Shown here: piece by piece, positions 41,487 to 52,700 of the stretch
How positions within the stretch are numbered: position 1 is the stretch's first letter
Layout: each line of letters opens with the position of its first letter
Source of the DNA: Schizochytrium sp. TIO01
Taxonomy: Eukaryota; Protista; Bigyra: Labyrinthulomycetes
Length of the DNA stretch: 64,000 nt
Assembly (NCBI GenBank): GCA_004764695.1
Contig: SMSO01000032.1
Coordinates: 2,666,001-2,730,000 of the forward strand
Direction of reading: 5' to 3'
Notes under the pieces: generated by a model
Databases searched by the model: none
Told to the model about the DNA's origin: nothing
The model's input: the letters and a program-made list of their open reading frames with translations, nothing else
Program-made: the position numbers and the translations under genes

Positions 41487-43676
41487 TTACATCACAGTCT
41501 TTCCTTTAACAATTTGATGCGGAAATGGAGGCTCCCAGTCACATTTGGGCGCGACTGACTTATGCACAGGGTACTCGTCAAAATTAGATGTGTCTTCTGG
41601 CGAAGCAACCTTTGGCTGAATCGGAGGAACCAATGTGCGATTGTAGAGCCCCTCCCAATCAAAGCCAGAAAAGAAGCGGTGCTTGATAATACCCTGAGTG
41701 CCGTCTTTGGTGTTACCAAGGCGTTTACTCGCTGAAGGGTTGAGAAGCTTGCGAATCAGGTCACTAAGAGGACGCGTGAAGTGGACAGGGAACTTGATTT
41801 CGCCATCAAGGACCAGCTGATAAACATCAAGCGGATCATCTGCGAAGAAAGGCACCACTCCAGCAGTGAGCTCGAACGTAAGCACACCGAGAGCCCAGTA
41901 GTCAACAGCCTTGTCATGGCCCTTGCTGAGAATGATCTCTGGGGCAAGATAGTCAGGTGTACCACAGAGAGTCCATGTACGGTCTTGCACAACCTTTGCA
42001 AGACCAAAGTCGACAACCTTGATGTAGCCCTGGTTATCAAGCATTAGATTCTCTGGCTTCAAATCACGGTACACAATGTTCTTGGAATGAAGGTGGTCAA
42101 ATGCCTGAAGTACAGTGGCAACATAAAAGCGGGAGGCCTTTTCTGAGAAACGCCCAGCACGACGCAGCACCGTAAAGAGCTCTCCACCCAAGCAAAGCTC
42201 GAGAAGGAGATACACATATGACTCATCCCAGTATGAGTTGTATAGTTTGAGAAGAAATGGATGATCAATCATCATCATGACCTTGCGCTCGTTAACCACG
42301 TGAACCTGTAGCGAGCTTTCCACAATTTGGGACTTGTTAAGACACTTAAGCGCATAAGTTTCTCCGGAGCTCTTATTCTTGACAATTTGTACCTTTCCGA
42401 ATGCGCCTTGGCCGAGTATGATTTCTCGCTCAGAGCCAGGGCGACCATTTCTTGGAAACTCCAGCTGTAAGTCTTCAAAGAGAATTCTCTTAATGTATTT
42501 GTTCTCATCGTTCTCCTCAACCTTGGCTTCTTCAACCTTGCTCTCATCTTCCTCGGAGTTACCACGTTTTGCAATATCTTGCAATGAGCCAAGTAGAGTT
42601 ACAAAGTCATCACGACCCATAGTAAGACAGGAGACCTTTGTAGTAGCGGTAACCGTCGCCGCACGTTTCTCATCCGTAAGCAAAGCTTTATGACCAAAAT
42701 AACTTCCAGAGGAGCCTGTGCCAACTTCTCCCTCCTCTCGTTTTGAATATTTAACTTCTCCATTAACAATAATGTAGAATGTCTCTCCAATCTCACCTTC
42801 TCGAATAATGACAGTGCCCTTTTCAAACTCCTCCTCCTCGACGGCATCCGCCAAGCGCGAAATCTCTTGCGGAGTAAGATGACTGAGCGTTGGTACTTGG
42901 CGGAGGTATTTTTCAAACTGATCCTTGCGAAGCATTTTGTGGTGAAGGTGGATGTTGCGAAAATCTTGGCGGTCAATAGCCCACAAGACACATTTACTTG
43001 TTGCACGAATGGTAGCAGCACGCGGAGTGTTGTACATGAGAGAGAGTTCTCCGAAGCTATCACCCGAGGAGAGGGTTCCATAGTTAGCAGGTGCTGCACC
43101 TGGCTGGACGCTTACAAAAATGGCAAGATCTCCGCTTTCTACAACAAAAAAGTTATCACCGACATCGCCCTGCGTAGTAGCTTCGTCACCTTCATTAAGC
43201 TCAACCTTGTAAAAGGCATTGACACATTCTTGCTTTTCATCAGCTCGAAGACCTTTAAAGAGGATGTTGCCATTAACGGACGTTTGAATAATTTTTCGAA
43301 CGTCATCAGACTTGGGAATATTCTTAGGTTCGTACTTGACATTACGTTGTTCTTGGCTCCGTTGCTTGGACCAAGCCTCAGCACTGACTTCTTCACGTCG
43401 GATTGGCTTATTAGCTTGGTTTGACTCCTTAAGAAGAGCAGTGTTACGACGGACAATACTTGGCCGGACTCCAGCCGCGTCTCCATTTGATGCGGCTTCG
43501 AGCTCCACTTTGAGACGACTCACTTCGCCTTTGGTGGCCTCAAGCTCTTTGATGAGAGAACGAATTTTTTCTGCTTGTTCGGCTACAAGTCCTGCATCCA
43601 TTGCACTGTTCTGATTAGCAGACGGGGCTTGAGCGCCTGTGCCCGCGGAGGGTGAAGTGCTTGCAGCAGCACCCAT
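41487..43676 (-). CDS. Cyclic-nucleotide-dependent protein kinase: PKG-like architecture (2 cNMP-binding domains + AGC kinase) with PKA-like signatures
   Basis: MGAAAS myristoylation motif and short coiled coil. Cassettes FGELSLMYNTPRAAT and FGHKALLTDEKRAAT. Kinase motifs GQGAFG, YALK, YRDLKPEN, DFG, TLCGTPDYLAPE and the AGC tail DTSNFD. Confidence 0.95.
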   Translation of the reverse strand: MGAAASTSPSAGTGAQAPSANQNSAMDAGLVAEQAEKIRSLIKELEATKGEVSRLKVELEAASNGDAAGVRPSIVRRNTALLKESNQANKPIRREEVSAEAWSKQRSQEQRNVKYEPKNIPKSDDVRKIIQTSVNGNILFKGLRADEKQECVNAFYKVELNEGDEATTQGDVGDNFFVVESGDLAIFVSVQPGAAPANYGTLSSGDSFGELSLMYNTPRAATIRATSKCVLWAIDRQDFRNIHLHHKMLRKDQFEKYLRQVPTLSHLTPQEISRLADAVEEEEFEKGTVIIREGEIGETFYIIVNGEVKYSKREEGEVGTGSSGSYFGHKALLTDEKRAATVTATTKVSCLTMGRDDFVTLLGSLQDIAKRGNSEEDESKVEEAKVEENDENKYIKRILFEDLQLEFPRNGRPGSEREIILGQGAFGKVQIVKNKSSGETYALKCLNKSQIVESSLQVHVVNERKVMMMIDHPFLLKLYNSYWDESYVYLLLELCLGGELFTVLRRAGRFSEKASRFYVATVLQAFDHLHSKNIVYRDLKPENLMLDNQGYIKVVDFGLAKVVQDRTWTLCGTPDYLAPEIILSKGHDKAVDYWALGVLTFELTAGVVPFFADDPLDVYQLVLDGEIKFPVHFTRPLSDLIRKLLNPSASKRLGNTKDGTQGIIKHRFFSGFDWEGLYNRTLVPPIQPKVASPEDTSNFDEYPVHKSVAPKCDWEPPFPHQIVKGKTVM

Positions 43677-43704
43677 GGTAAAGTATCAGCTTTCTAATTG
43701 GGAT

Positions 43705-43775
43705 CTGTCGTCAACCGAAGCTAAAGAAGAGAACTGGGCGAATGTTTATTCGTGGCTTGTACACTGCCTACTTAC
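43705..43775 (-). other. Putative 5'-UTR intron of the cNMP kinase
   Basis: GTAAGT donor at 43775. The acceptor is either TTCTCTTCTTTAG (43721) or TTGACGACAG (43705), 30-45 nt before the ATG. Confidence 0.55.
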
Positions 43776-44938
43776 CCGAGACCAGCTTAGCCCCTGCCAG
43801 CTAGCGAGCGAGAGCAAGACACAAGCACTCAAGCGAATCAAATTTGCCGCACTCTCACGTTGACAATGCCTTTTGGAAAAACTCTAATTTACCAGTTTTC
43901 TCCGACTCCGCGCTTCAGCGTGACTTGGCCACTATAAACACTTTCTTACAATTATTGTGTTGTGCCCTGAGGTTCTTGAATCAAAGAGCACTTATAACGG
44001 GGACTTGCTTTGTCCTTGTTCGCTGCACCCGTGCTACTGGACGAAGCTTCTATGTCTGTTTCACAGACCTCAAGCGCATCGCATATATGTAAGATTCCAC
44101 TCCATTACCACATGTCTTTCTCACTCCAATCCAGTCGCACATGAAAGGTTAAAGCAAAGTGCAAGGTATCCAGCACTCTACAAATCCGTTGGACTCTTTC
44201 AGAATGTGACAGTTTTCGTCCGCTTGATACGTAGACAACTTTTCATAAAACACATTTTAAAAGTAGTTAGCTATATGAATGGCTTTTTTTTGGCCTGCAG
44301 CGCGCAATGCGGTTGCCATGGCGAGATACCTTCCGTCGAATGTGAGAAGTAGTAGACGCAGGGGGTGGTTTTGCTTATGTCTTGCTTGCTGGCAAGTGGG
44401 AATCAGCCTCATGGATTCTAACAACGTGAACAAAAGCACCAAGTGCCTCCTCTTGATAATTCAAGTTCCGCACAACGTAGTTGGAAATATTGCTGTCATG
44501 TAGTAATAGCTATAAATAACTAGTACAAATGTAGCAGGTAAATTAACGGATCTCCCGGTTGGGTTAAGATTTCACTAATACGGTGTATCTAGTGTAAACT
44601 CTATAAGGCTTGCAGCATAAGACTAACAAAATGTACAGGTCAGCGACAGAATGGTAGATACTAGCGGATCTGGTTGTTGCTATTGGAATTGATACGAAAT
44701 CTAGAAGGGTATATTTATAAGTTTATATACTTCTGATGTAATTCTTTTTTAAATATTCATTATCAAGATCTATATGATAGCAATTTGATTAATAAAATGT
44801 AATAGTAGTCGTAATGTAATTTAGATATTCTATATAGAAAGCTTGTCCTCCTTTTTGTCCCTCCCCTCTTCCCTTCAAGCCTCTCTCCAACAGGGAGAGG
44901 GTTAGTTTTTGCACTTAGCCTAACTGCCTTCAAATAAA

Positions 44939-46483
44939 TTAAGTCATGGTATAAAGCGTGGGATTTCCAACCTCAGATATGGTAGAACATGCTGCAGCCG
45001 CAGGATCTCCTGAACCTGCTAAATGCGGCCCGCCTAGCCAATATTCGTTACCAGGAAATGAATTCGCATCACCTGCGTATTGGGCAACCCGAAGAAATTC
45101 GGAGCTTTCGATTTTTTCTGCTGGGTTCATTCGGAGAAACTCAACTTTTATTTCATGATTCTCGACGGGGATGGCCTCCATTTCTTTCCTGGACATATCT
45201 GCAAGAGGCCAGTACTGCGTTCGAAAGTATGAGAAAACAAGGCGTTTGACATGAGGCAACGGAATTTGTCGAATGACATTCGCATAAGCATTTACCACAA
45301 GTTGCTGCTGGCAAGAATCCAAGGCCCACACACCAAGTCCAAGCCCAACAACGACACAGTCTGCTAGCTTATCCACTTTCGATGCCTGCCAATCTGCTTC
45401 TCGTAAAAATGTTTCAGCAATAACCTCCATCCTAACTTGATATACGCGCGTATTTAGAAACCCCCCATCCCTAACTGGGACATAATCGCTGCTTTGCTTG
45501 CCCTCTTTTAGAAGCTGACTGTGGCGTTGCGACACCTCTTCGTAAGTTGGAAAATAAGAAATACCGTAAAACTTGGCCCAACAAGCAAGGGATAATAGCC
45601 CTAAAGGGTTTAACGACATATCTTCGGACGCTTCAGTGTCTTGAGTTTCTTTTTTTTTGCTTTTATCAACTGGTTGTTTGTAGCTCTGATAAAAACGTGG
45701 CATAGAAAAACTTGCATGCATTGGACCGTAACCATTGGCCTGGGAGTTCTGATCTCTACAAATTAGCATGTGCTTGGATTCCATGCGACCAATACGCTCA
45801 AACCGCGCTCCGACCTGCGAAATATAAACTCCGCGGGGTTCGAAACTTCCAGGGTTGCCAGGGACGCCCACGTTATCGCGGCTGCCATCATTGATGAAGT
45901 GAGTAGGCGTACTGACGCCAATAAGTGCCGAGATCTCCATTTCCTCATAGGACAAATAGTCCTCAAGATTTGCGCGCACATCTTGTAACTCAGACCCAAT
46001 TGCATCAAAAATCTTAGTCCCGTCCTCGCCTGTTGTTCCATCACGTAGGACAAAAAAATCTACTTTGTTCATAAATACGAGCGGCCTCTTGCTGACGAGG
46101 CGCTGCAGAAACATTTCAACGGGCATGTCCGCGTATAGCAGACGCTCCACGGAGCTGCCAAAAGCTCGCTTCTGATCAAGAAACTCTGCACAAAGATCAG
46201 CCACGCGGTCTGTGCACACAACGCGAGACTCTAAAACATCTTGCACTGCCTCTGACTGTCTTATATTGCTTTCAGAGCATATATTCTCAACGCTATTGGA
46301 GTCTATCGGATACGGATAGAGCGCTCTCAAAGACCTGCACCTCAAGATTAGCGCTTCCCACGCGGCATCTACACCCTCCGATTCGCGTAGCAACCGCAGC
46401 GAGTCAGCAAAAGCACCAAGAGACACACGAAGAAGTGTCTCGCCAGAACCCAAGGCGCTCCGGGCGGATGATACCTGCTGCAT
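44939..46483 (-). CDS. DUF4804/MavL-like macrodomain protein, putative (ADP-ribosyl)hydrolase
   Basis: Motifs KRPLVF, YLSYEEMEISALIGVS, FINDGSRDN, GARFER, GLGLGVW and D.NSFPGNEYW...SGDPAAAACSTISE..NP. The track start at 46534 is TTG; the first ATG is 46483 (GACGCCATG). Confidence 0.8.
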   Translation of the reverse strand: MQQVSSARSALGSGETLLRVSLGAFADSLRLLRESEGVDAAWEALILRCRSLRALYPYPIDSNSVENICSESNIRQSEAVQDVLESRVVCTDRVADLCAEFLDQKRAFGSSVERLLYADMPVEMFLQRLVSKRPLVFMNKVDFFVLRDGTTGEDGTKIFDAIGSELQDVRANLEDYLSYEEMEISALIGVSTPTHFINDGSRDNVGVPGNPGSFEPRGVYISQVGARFERIGRMESKHMLICRDQNSQANGYGPMHASFSMPRFYQSYKQPVDKSKKKETQDTEASEDMSLNPLGLLSLACWAKFYGISYFPTYEEVSQRHSQLLKEGKQSSDYVPVRDGGFLNTRVYQVRMEVIAETFLREADWQASKVDKLADCVVVGLGLGVWALDSCQQQLVVNAYANVIRQIPLPHVKRLVFSYFRTQYWPLADMSRKEMEAIPVENHEIKVEFLRMNPAEKIESSEFLRVAQYAGDANSFPGNEYWLGGPHLAGSGDPAAAACSTISEVGNPTLYTMT

Positions 46484-47960
46484 GGCGTCCGAGAGGCTCG
46501 CAGTCAGTGGGACAACGCGGGCCAAGGAAAGCAACCTCTTGCTCGAAAAAGCACCTGGAAGAGGTCAGAAGGCGTAGTAGTCACAAGACAAGAGAGCGAC
46601 GGTGAGGATCCTGGTGGTAAAGTAGCTACGAGCTCTCCACTCGAGTCCTGTCTGTGCAGAAGAGTTGCTCGCGTTGCCGAAGAGTGTTTTTGGCTACCTA
46701 AGATATTGCTACACGAGATTACTTCTGGGATAGCATACCTAAAATCGAATTTATTGCCTAGTAATAGTAGAAATTATAGTATTCATTTTATTGAAAAAAA
46801 ATGAAGAATAAAAATTCATGAAAACTGATGAAAATGTGTTTCGGCTGTTAAAATGATGTAGCGCGCCCAGAGAGTACAGGCTCGTGGTCATTCGTGTATA
46901 CCCGAAACCAAAAAAATGCTTTTCATGACGTTTGTTCTTTACTTTGTAAACTTGGATTAAAGGCTGAAGGTGAATAGAGTGTTGTCTTTGTTTTTTTTTT
47001 TCTTCTACGACGCAGTTTCTAAGCAATGCGTGAAGAGAGCGCAACTCGTGGAGCTCTGAGCAACTCAAGAAGCATGAGAAGATGATGAATGACGATGAGC
47101 ATCAAGATGCATAACTCGACTAGGGACGAGCAGAGATTAAACAGAGCTCAAAAGCAAACGAGAACCTTTCAAAGGCAGTTGTTGTGATAGACTGCTGGAC
47201 CCGCCGCAACCCAGATTGGGTGGCTGCCCAGCTGCTAATTTATGTTGCACTTGCGTCCCATGACATGAGTATCTACTATGAACCTTTAGCACTCCATTGC
47301 TTCGCGAGCACGAGAATACACGCAAAGATGCGGGACAGTCAAACTTAGCAAGCCCAATCATTCTCTAAGCAAATCATGAATGGGTGATTCTCACGAGCTC
47401 AAGCCAAAGGATAAGCTCATATTGTCCTGCAGCGTAGCTCTAGCCCCCTCTACATCGCGCTTGGGTTCTTTTAGACCTGGTTGGCCCGTGGTGTCCTAAA
47501 TAAAGAAACATTGCTTCCATCGTGCAAAATTAACACAAATCAACCAAACTACTCTTCGCAATACATACTCTATTTTAAAACATTGACATTCCTGCTACAG
47601 TCTTCTCCAGGCTGACCACAGAAATAAGCTACGCATTGCGTTTGAGCAGCTTTCTCAACTAACCTTCGTGTGCACGGTAGTCTCACTCTTAGTGTAGGAT
47701 AAAGGGACACAGATATCCCGTCCTTAAGGCAAAGGTCATATTGAGATAAAGTATCTTAAAAGAAGGTCCGAAGCACAGAACTCGAGCCCAGAACCAGATC
47801 TAAAGACGTGCAAGCTGCGAGATTGTAGGGGGAAGGGGGCGCGACCAGCGCGACGGAAAAATCTGCCTCCGACAGACTTCTAGAGAAGTTTTACGAGGGC
47901 TTGATTTCGAATTCAGATCGCTAGAGCTGCTCCGTAACACAAAAGGGCCGACCTTGGTAG

Positions 47961-49734
47961 ATGAAGATTGCACGTGACATAGGCCACAGCAGAGTGTGTA
48001 GGTAAGAGAACTTTGAGCATGATTTGGGCGCCGCTGCTGGCGCTGACGAGCACCAGTGCCACTACAGCGTGCCTCGAGATCGCAGACTTTGCGGGTGGTG
48101 TATCTTCTGTAAGCTCTGGTGAGGCCGAGAACAATCCTAGCCCAAACGAAGGCCGCAGTGAAGCTGCTTTTAGTGCAGCTTTCAACGTCGTCCGTAAAAC
48201 ATTTGTAGCTTCTTTAGGTGTAGGTACAGTTGCTTCTGCGTTATACCTTGCGAGAAGATCGCGATGGGCTCAAATGCGGGCAATGAAGTACAAAATGAAA
48301 AAGGAATGGAAATCACGGCAGCAGACTTCGTTCCGAGACGGAGGAATGTCGATCTTTTCAAGTAATTATGGAAAGCCTGGACGCGAGCGTACGCTTGAGG
48401 TTAAAGTTGATCGCCAGAAAGAGCTTAAGGTCCTACGGCACCATTTCATGGAAACATACCCAAAGCTGACGTTCATTACCGGACCTGAGGCAGCAGGAAA
48501 GAGCTCCATTGTAGAGCTAGCGTTGTCTGACATTGAATACGTGCTCAAGGTAGACTTGCACAAAGACCAAGTTAGCTCAGGGTCGCTGGGTGCGAGCGAG
48601 CTGCTTGACCATCTCTGCAGAAGAGCGGGCTTTTATTTTCCAACGACGATTCTGACAGATTTGGGTATTGTGCAGCCTTCCTCAAATGGGTCTACGCCAA
48701 ATAAAGCAGCAGCTTTCCGTCGTGAACAGGAACTTGCGCTACGTTATTTGGAGTATACATGCGAAGAGATTGTGAATGAAACAAATATGTATCCATGCAT
48801 CTTCATTGATGAGCTCCACTCGCTTAAAGACGCAGCGCTAACCTCAAGCGACTTTAGGCGGTTCTTGCAATGGTGCATGCATATCACAGATGCAGGCTTG
48901 GCCCATGTTGTATTCGTCGGACGAGACACGTCCCTTACTTTGCTAGATCAGGAACATCATGATTTACGTGAACGCCGTATTCATTTCCCCATTGATTTTC
49001 CTGCGGTTACACCTGAGCTAGTTCGTGTTGCTCTGAGGCATGCTAATAAAGGCAGATTCTTTGATGGATCTGAAGAGGCTAGATTGCTTGTGAATACGTT
49101 TGGTGGCCAACTTCGCGACATGGAGAAGGCCCTCGATTCAGCTGACACAGGATTGTCTGTTTCTGCTGCAGCAAGCCGTATGGTGACCGAGACGTCACAT
49201 TTTATTGAACAAACTATTCTAGATCCAATTTTGGAACAAACTAACTCTGCAGAAAATCCGGAAGAGCTTGAGAGTAACTATCGACGTTATCTCCGCTGCT
49301 GGAATATGCTCTCTTTGTTTGCGGAAGCAGATAACGGATCGGCAATGTCTCACGATCGTTTGGTTTACGAAGTTTTTGGCGAGTATGGCCACGAAATTGA
49401 AGACTTTGTGGCTAAAGGCCTCTTACGTTATGGCTGGCCCCCGTTAGGATCCGATAAAACGTTTGAGGTTATCCTCTATCCGGTGTCGCAACGCTTTCAT
49501 AGCGCTTTTCGGCAGCTTGTGAATAAACCTGGTCTGAACAAAGTTGCGATGGACGTGAAGCGGCACCTTGCCAAGCTTGAGTTAAAAGGCGTACAAGACA
49601 CTCTTAGCGAGCGCGTTCAGCTCGTGAACTCCATGAAAGATTTTCTTCCCAAAGATGAAGTGACTCCCCAGGTAGAGGAAGTATGGGAGAAAATTAAAAG
49701 TAATTGGGAAGATTTTGATGCTCTTTCTAAATAA
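47961..49734 (+). CDS. Membrane-anchored AAA+ ATPase, Yme2/RNA12-like; probable exons 47961-48001 and 48057-49734 (unspliced alternative start 48019)
   Basis: TM segment FVASLGVGTVASALYL, Walker A GPEAAGKS, Walker B CIFIDE. W..HITDAGLAHVVF, FGGQLRDM and AFRQLV resemble RNA12-domain motifs. A candidate intron at 48002-48056 joins an upstream ATG in frame. Confidence 0.7.
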
Positions 49735-52700
49735 TGGATTATCTTGATACTGCACTCATGTAATGTTTGAGGCCTGCACATTGAAAATTATGTTCAAATG
49801 GAAACACGGGAATATAGCAAATAATACATCTGAATGCTTTATATTGAATTAGAGTAAGTCTTTTCTCTTGACCAAATGCACATTTCTAATTTCAAATCAT
49901 GCAGCTGATTCACATTTGTCGCCCTTGATATCCTAAACGCATGGCTCACATTTATTCACTTCCGTCTTGTTGCTGCTTCGTCAGCTCTTTAAAAACTTGT
50001 ATTGAGGATTTTTAATAAAATTGATCTCGGATTTTGCTTCTTTCTTTTTTTTATTGCTTAAACTCTTCCTCAAGACATCCCCTTTCCACGTTAATGAAAT
50101 CGATTTCTGAAATGTCAGCTGTTTTAATTACGTATTCTTTGTCTTTATAAGTGCCCTGAAATCAACCATCATAGTGGGGAAATTAAAATATACAGTACTC
50201 GAACTTTGGTCAACTTAGCTCTACTTTGGAAGAGCTAGCATCGCTCCCACCTCATGATGTTTTCGGAATGGACTCAGGATTATTCTGTTCAAGCTCCATA
50301 TGTTATACGTCCTTGAGGTTTTGAAATTTTACATTCCAAAACTAAGCGAAATCGAACAACACTGGAGAGACCAATTTATCTTAGACTATTGATTTAGGAG
50401 TCATAACTTGTTCACCGACAGTCAGAAGGACGATCCAAACTTATATCTACGATTATGGAGTCTAAGAAACCTAAAATTATGGCATCTAATGATGTTATGC
50501 TATTAACTAGTACTTCGTTTCTACCAAATCGGACCACGAGGTTAGCAATAGAGGCGTGAGAGCTGTAAGAGGTCAAATAGTACGCCTGCATGTGAACGAT
50601 GCAAAATATAAATTACGGACACATAGATATTGGTGTATACTCTGAATTTTGCTGGACCCCAACAATCAGCAGCAAAACATACGTTAGCTCTTTCATTTTG
50701 CACGAAACAAACAACCGAAGAAGACATATTTCAATCTGATCTGAACATAGACCAGCAATGTTTTTCGATGATCTAGTGAGGCCATTGTTCCTTACATATA
50801 CTTCATTTCAGCTTATTTCCCATCTCTGTTAGCTGAACATGTCTTGAGGTTGGCATGACGCTGCCTATAGCATACGATTTTCGGCATTATCATACAAACT
50901 TTGCACTTACTCTCTCCACTCTCATTTTCATGAGGAAAGTACTTGGAGACGGCCAAACTACGGAAGAATTGACTGCGGACGCATTGCTGCATTCCAGAAC
51001 AAGGGTGCCCAAAGTATTTTAGTTCAAAGGAAACGCTTGTGATAGAACCACTCTATCATTGCAAAAAACAACTATTCTTTAAGAATGAGTGCGGCATTCT
51101 TTTCCCTACTTTATGCAACTCAGAAGGGAAGCAAGATTGTCGCGTAGACGCTATTCTTCCTATGCATGATGTTTAATAAACTGACGTATATTCCGGTTTG
51201 CAAGTCTTGGCTAAGGTAAGAAGGTAAGAAGGTAAGAACGGGGTATGCCAGCAAACTTACAGGGTGCCACAGGTATTGTCGAAATTGCAGCGATTTGCGA
51301 GAAAATTCAGATCTGCCGAACGACAGAAGGACCAAAGCGTGTTCCGTCATAGACCATGCCCAAGTCGGCCGACAGCTTATTCAAGCACACAACCAGGAAG
51401 AGCTTGCCTCAGGCAGTCTTCTTTTTTACTTTTACTTTTTTAAATCTGAGACTGATCTTATCTCCAACTTAAATACATTTCGCTTCTTTCTTCCTTTTGT
51501 CGAGGCCAATTGTTGGACCTCTTATCATGATTGTGTAACAGCAAGCAGACATTGGGCATAAACAATTCGCAGCTACTTATATAGGTTGTACTAGCCTGCT
51601 GATTATAGCTTTTTCTTTCGAAAAAAGAATATGTTTTCATATGTTAAGGCTTTGGCGTTTTTGTGTTATCGCCAGTGCCCAAGATAAGACAACTTCGCGT
51701 ATAGAGGTCCGAGAGCAAGAGAACTAGTCGTCAATTTTAAGTTTGCCGCTTTACGCACAGCTCAACAGTTGCGAACAACCAGCCTTCAGGGTCTTTCAGA
51801 GGACATTCAGCCCAGCTTGAAGATAATCCGCCCGTGATATTTTTTATTTACTTTCTTTTTTTAATACATAAGGTATTAATAAGAGTTTGCCTCACTAAAT
51901 TCCAACGCGAGGACTTCAAAACGCGATGCTCAGAGCGCCCAGAGTAAAGATATGCAGTCTCAAACATAATGCAAACAGGCGAGACCAGGACTCAAATTTT
52001 TGCTGAGTATGCATATATAGCGCTAGCGACTCTTGCAGGCCTGCTCTGTCGTCGTTGTTTTTTTTTCTATCGTTTTTCTAGTTATTCATACAACTTTTAT
52101 GATTAAATATATGTAACTAAATTAGCCTTATGGTGGTTTTCAGTTACGATAACAATTTTCCCATCTCCGCTCCCTTTGACGTGCTTGAATATTGTCAAGC
52201 TCTTATCCATTAGCTAGTTGAGCTAGCGAAGAAGTCTTGAAAGAAGTATAGTTTGCAGCTGCGTATGCTGTAGCAGTTCAAAGTCGCCAACTCCTTGGCG
52301 TTTCATGGCCGCAGGAGAGGTCGAGGAAACTCCTGGGGTTCAGAGCTTCTCGTTAGGGCTTGCCTTACAAGGAAATATAAATCCTCAGGGAGCTTCTACA
52401 CTGCCAGTTGAGGGGCTGGCCGCGTGCTCAGTAACCTTTGAGGTAAAACGTACGTACAACTCGAAATACAGTGCTCTTTATTAAATGGTACGTAGTATCT
52501 AATGTAGGTAGGGCACTGCAGAATCGACTGAAAAAAAAAACGATTGAAGTAAAGTGGGCAGGTATCCCATCTCCTCTTGGGAAATAATGTTGACCAGAGG
52601 GGCACGTCGCCTTTTGGACAATGTCTTACGACAGATACTATCGAAAGTCCAACAATGATTCGGCTCCGACCATGATCGTCAACCTGGCACCATGTCGCAG

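Noticed and set aside
44312-44325. X-box-like GTTGCCATGGCGAG upstream of the cNMP kinase (weaker copy near 39142)
   Set aside because: Imperfect second half-site, and RFX factors are not known to me from this inferred lineage.
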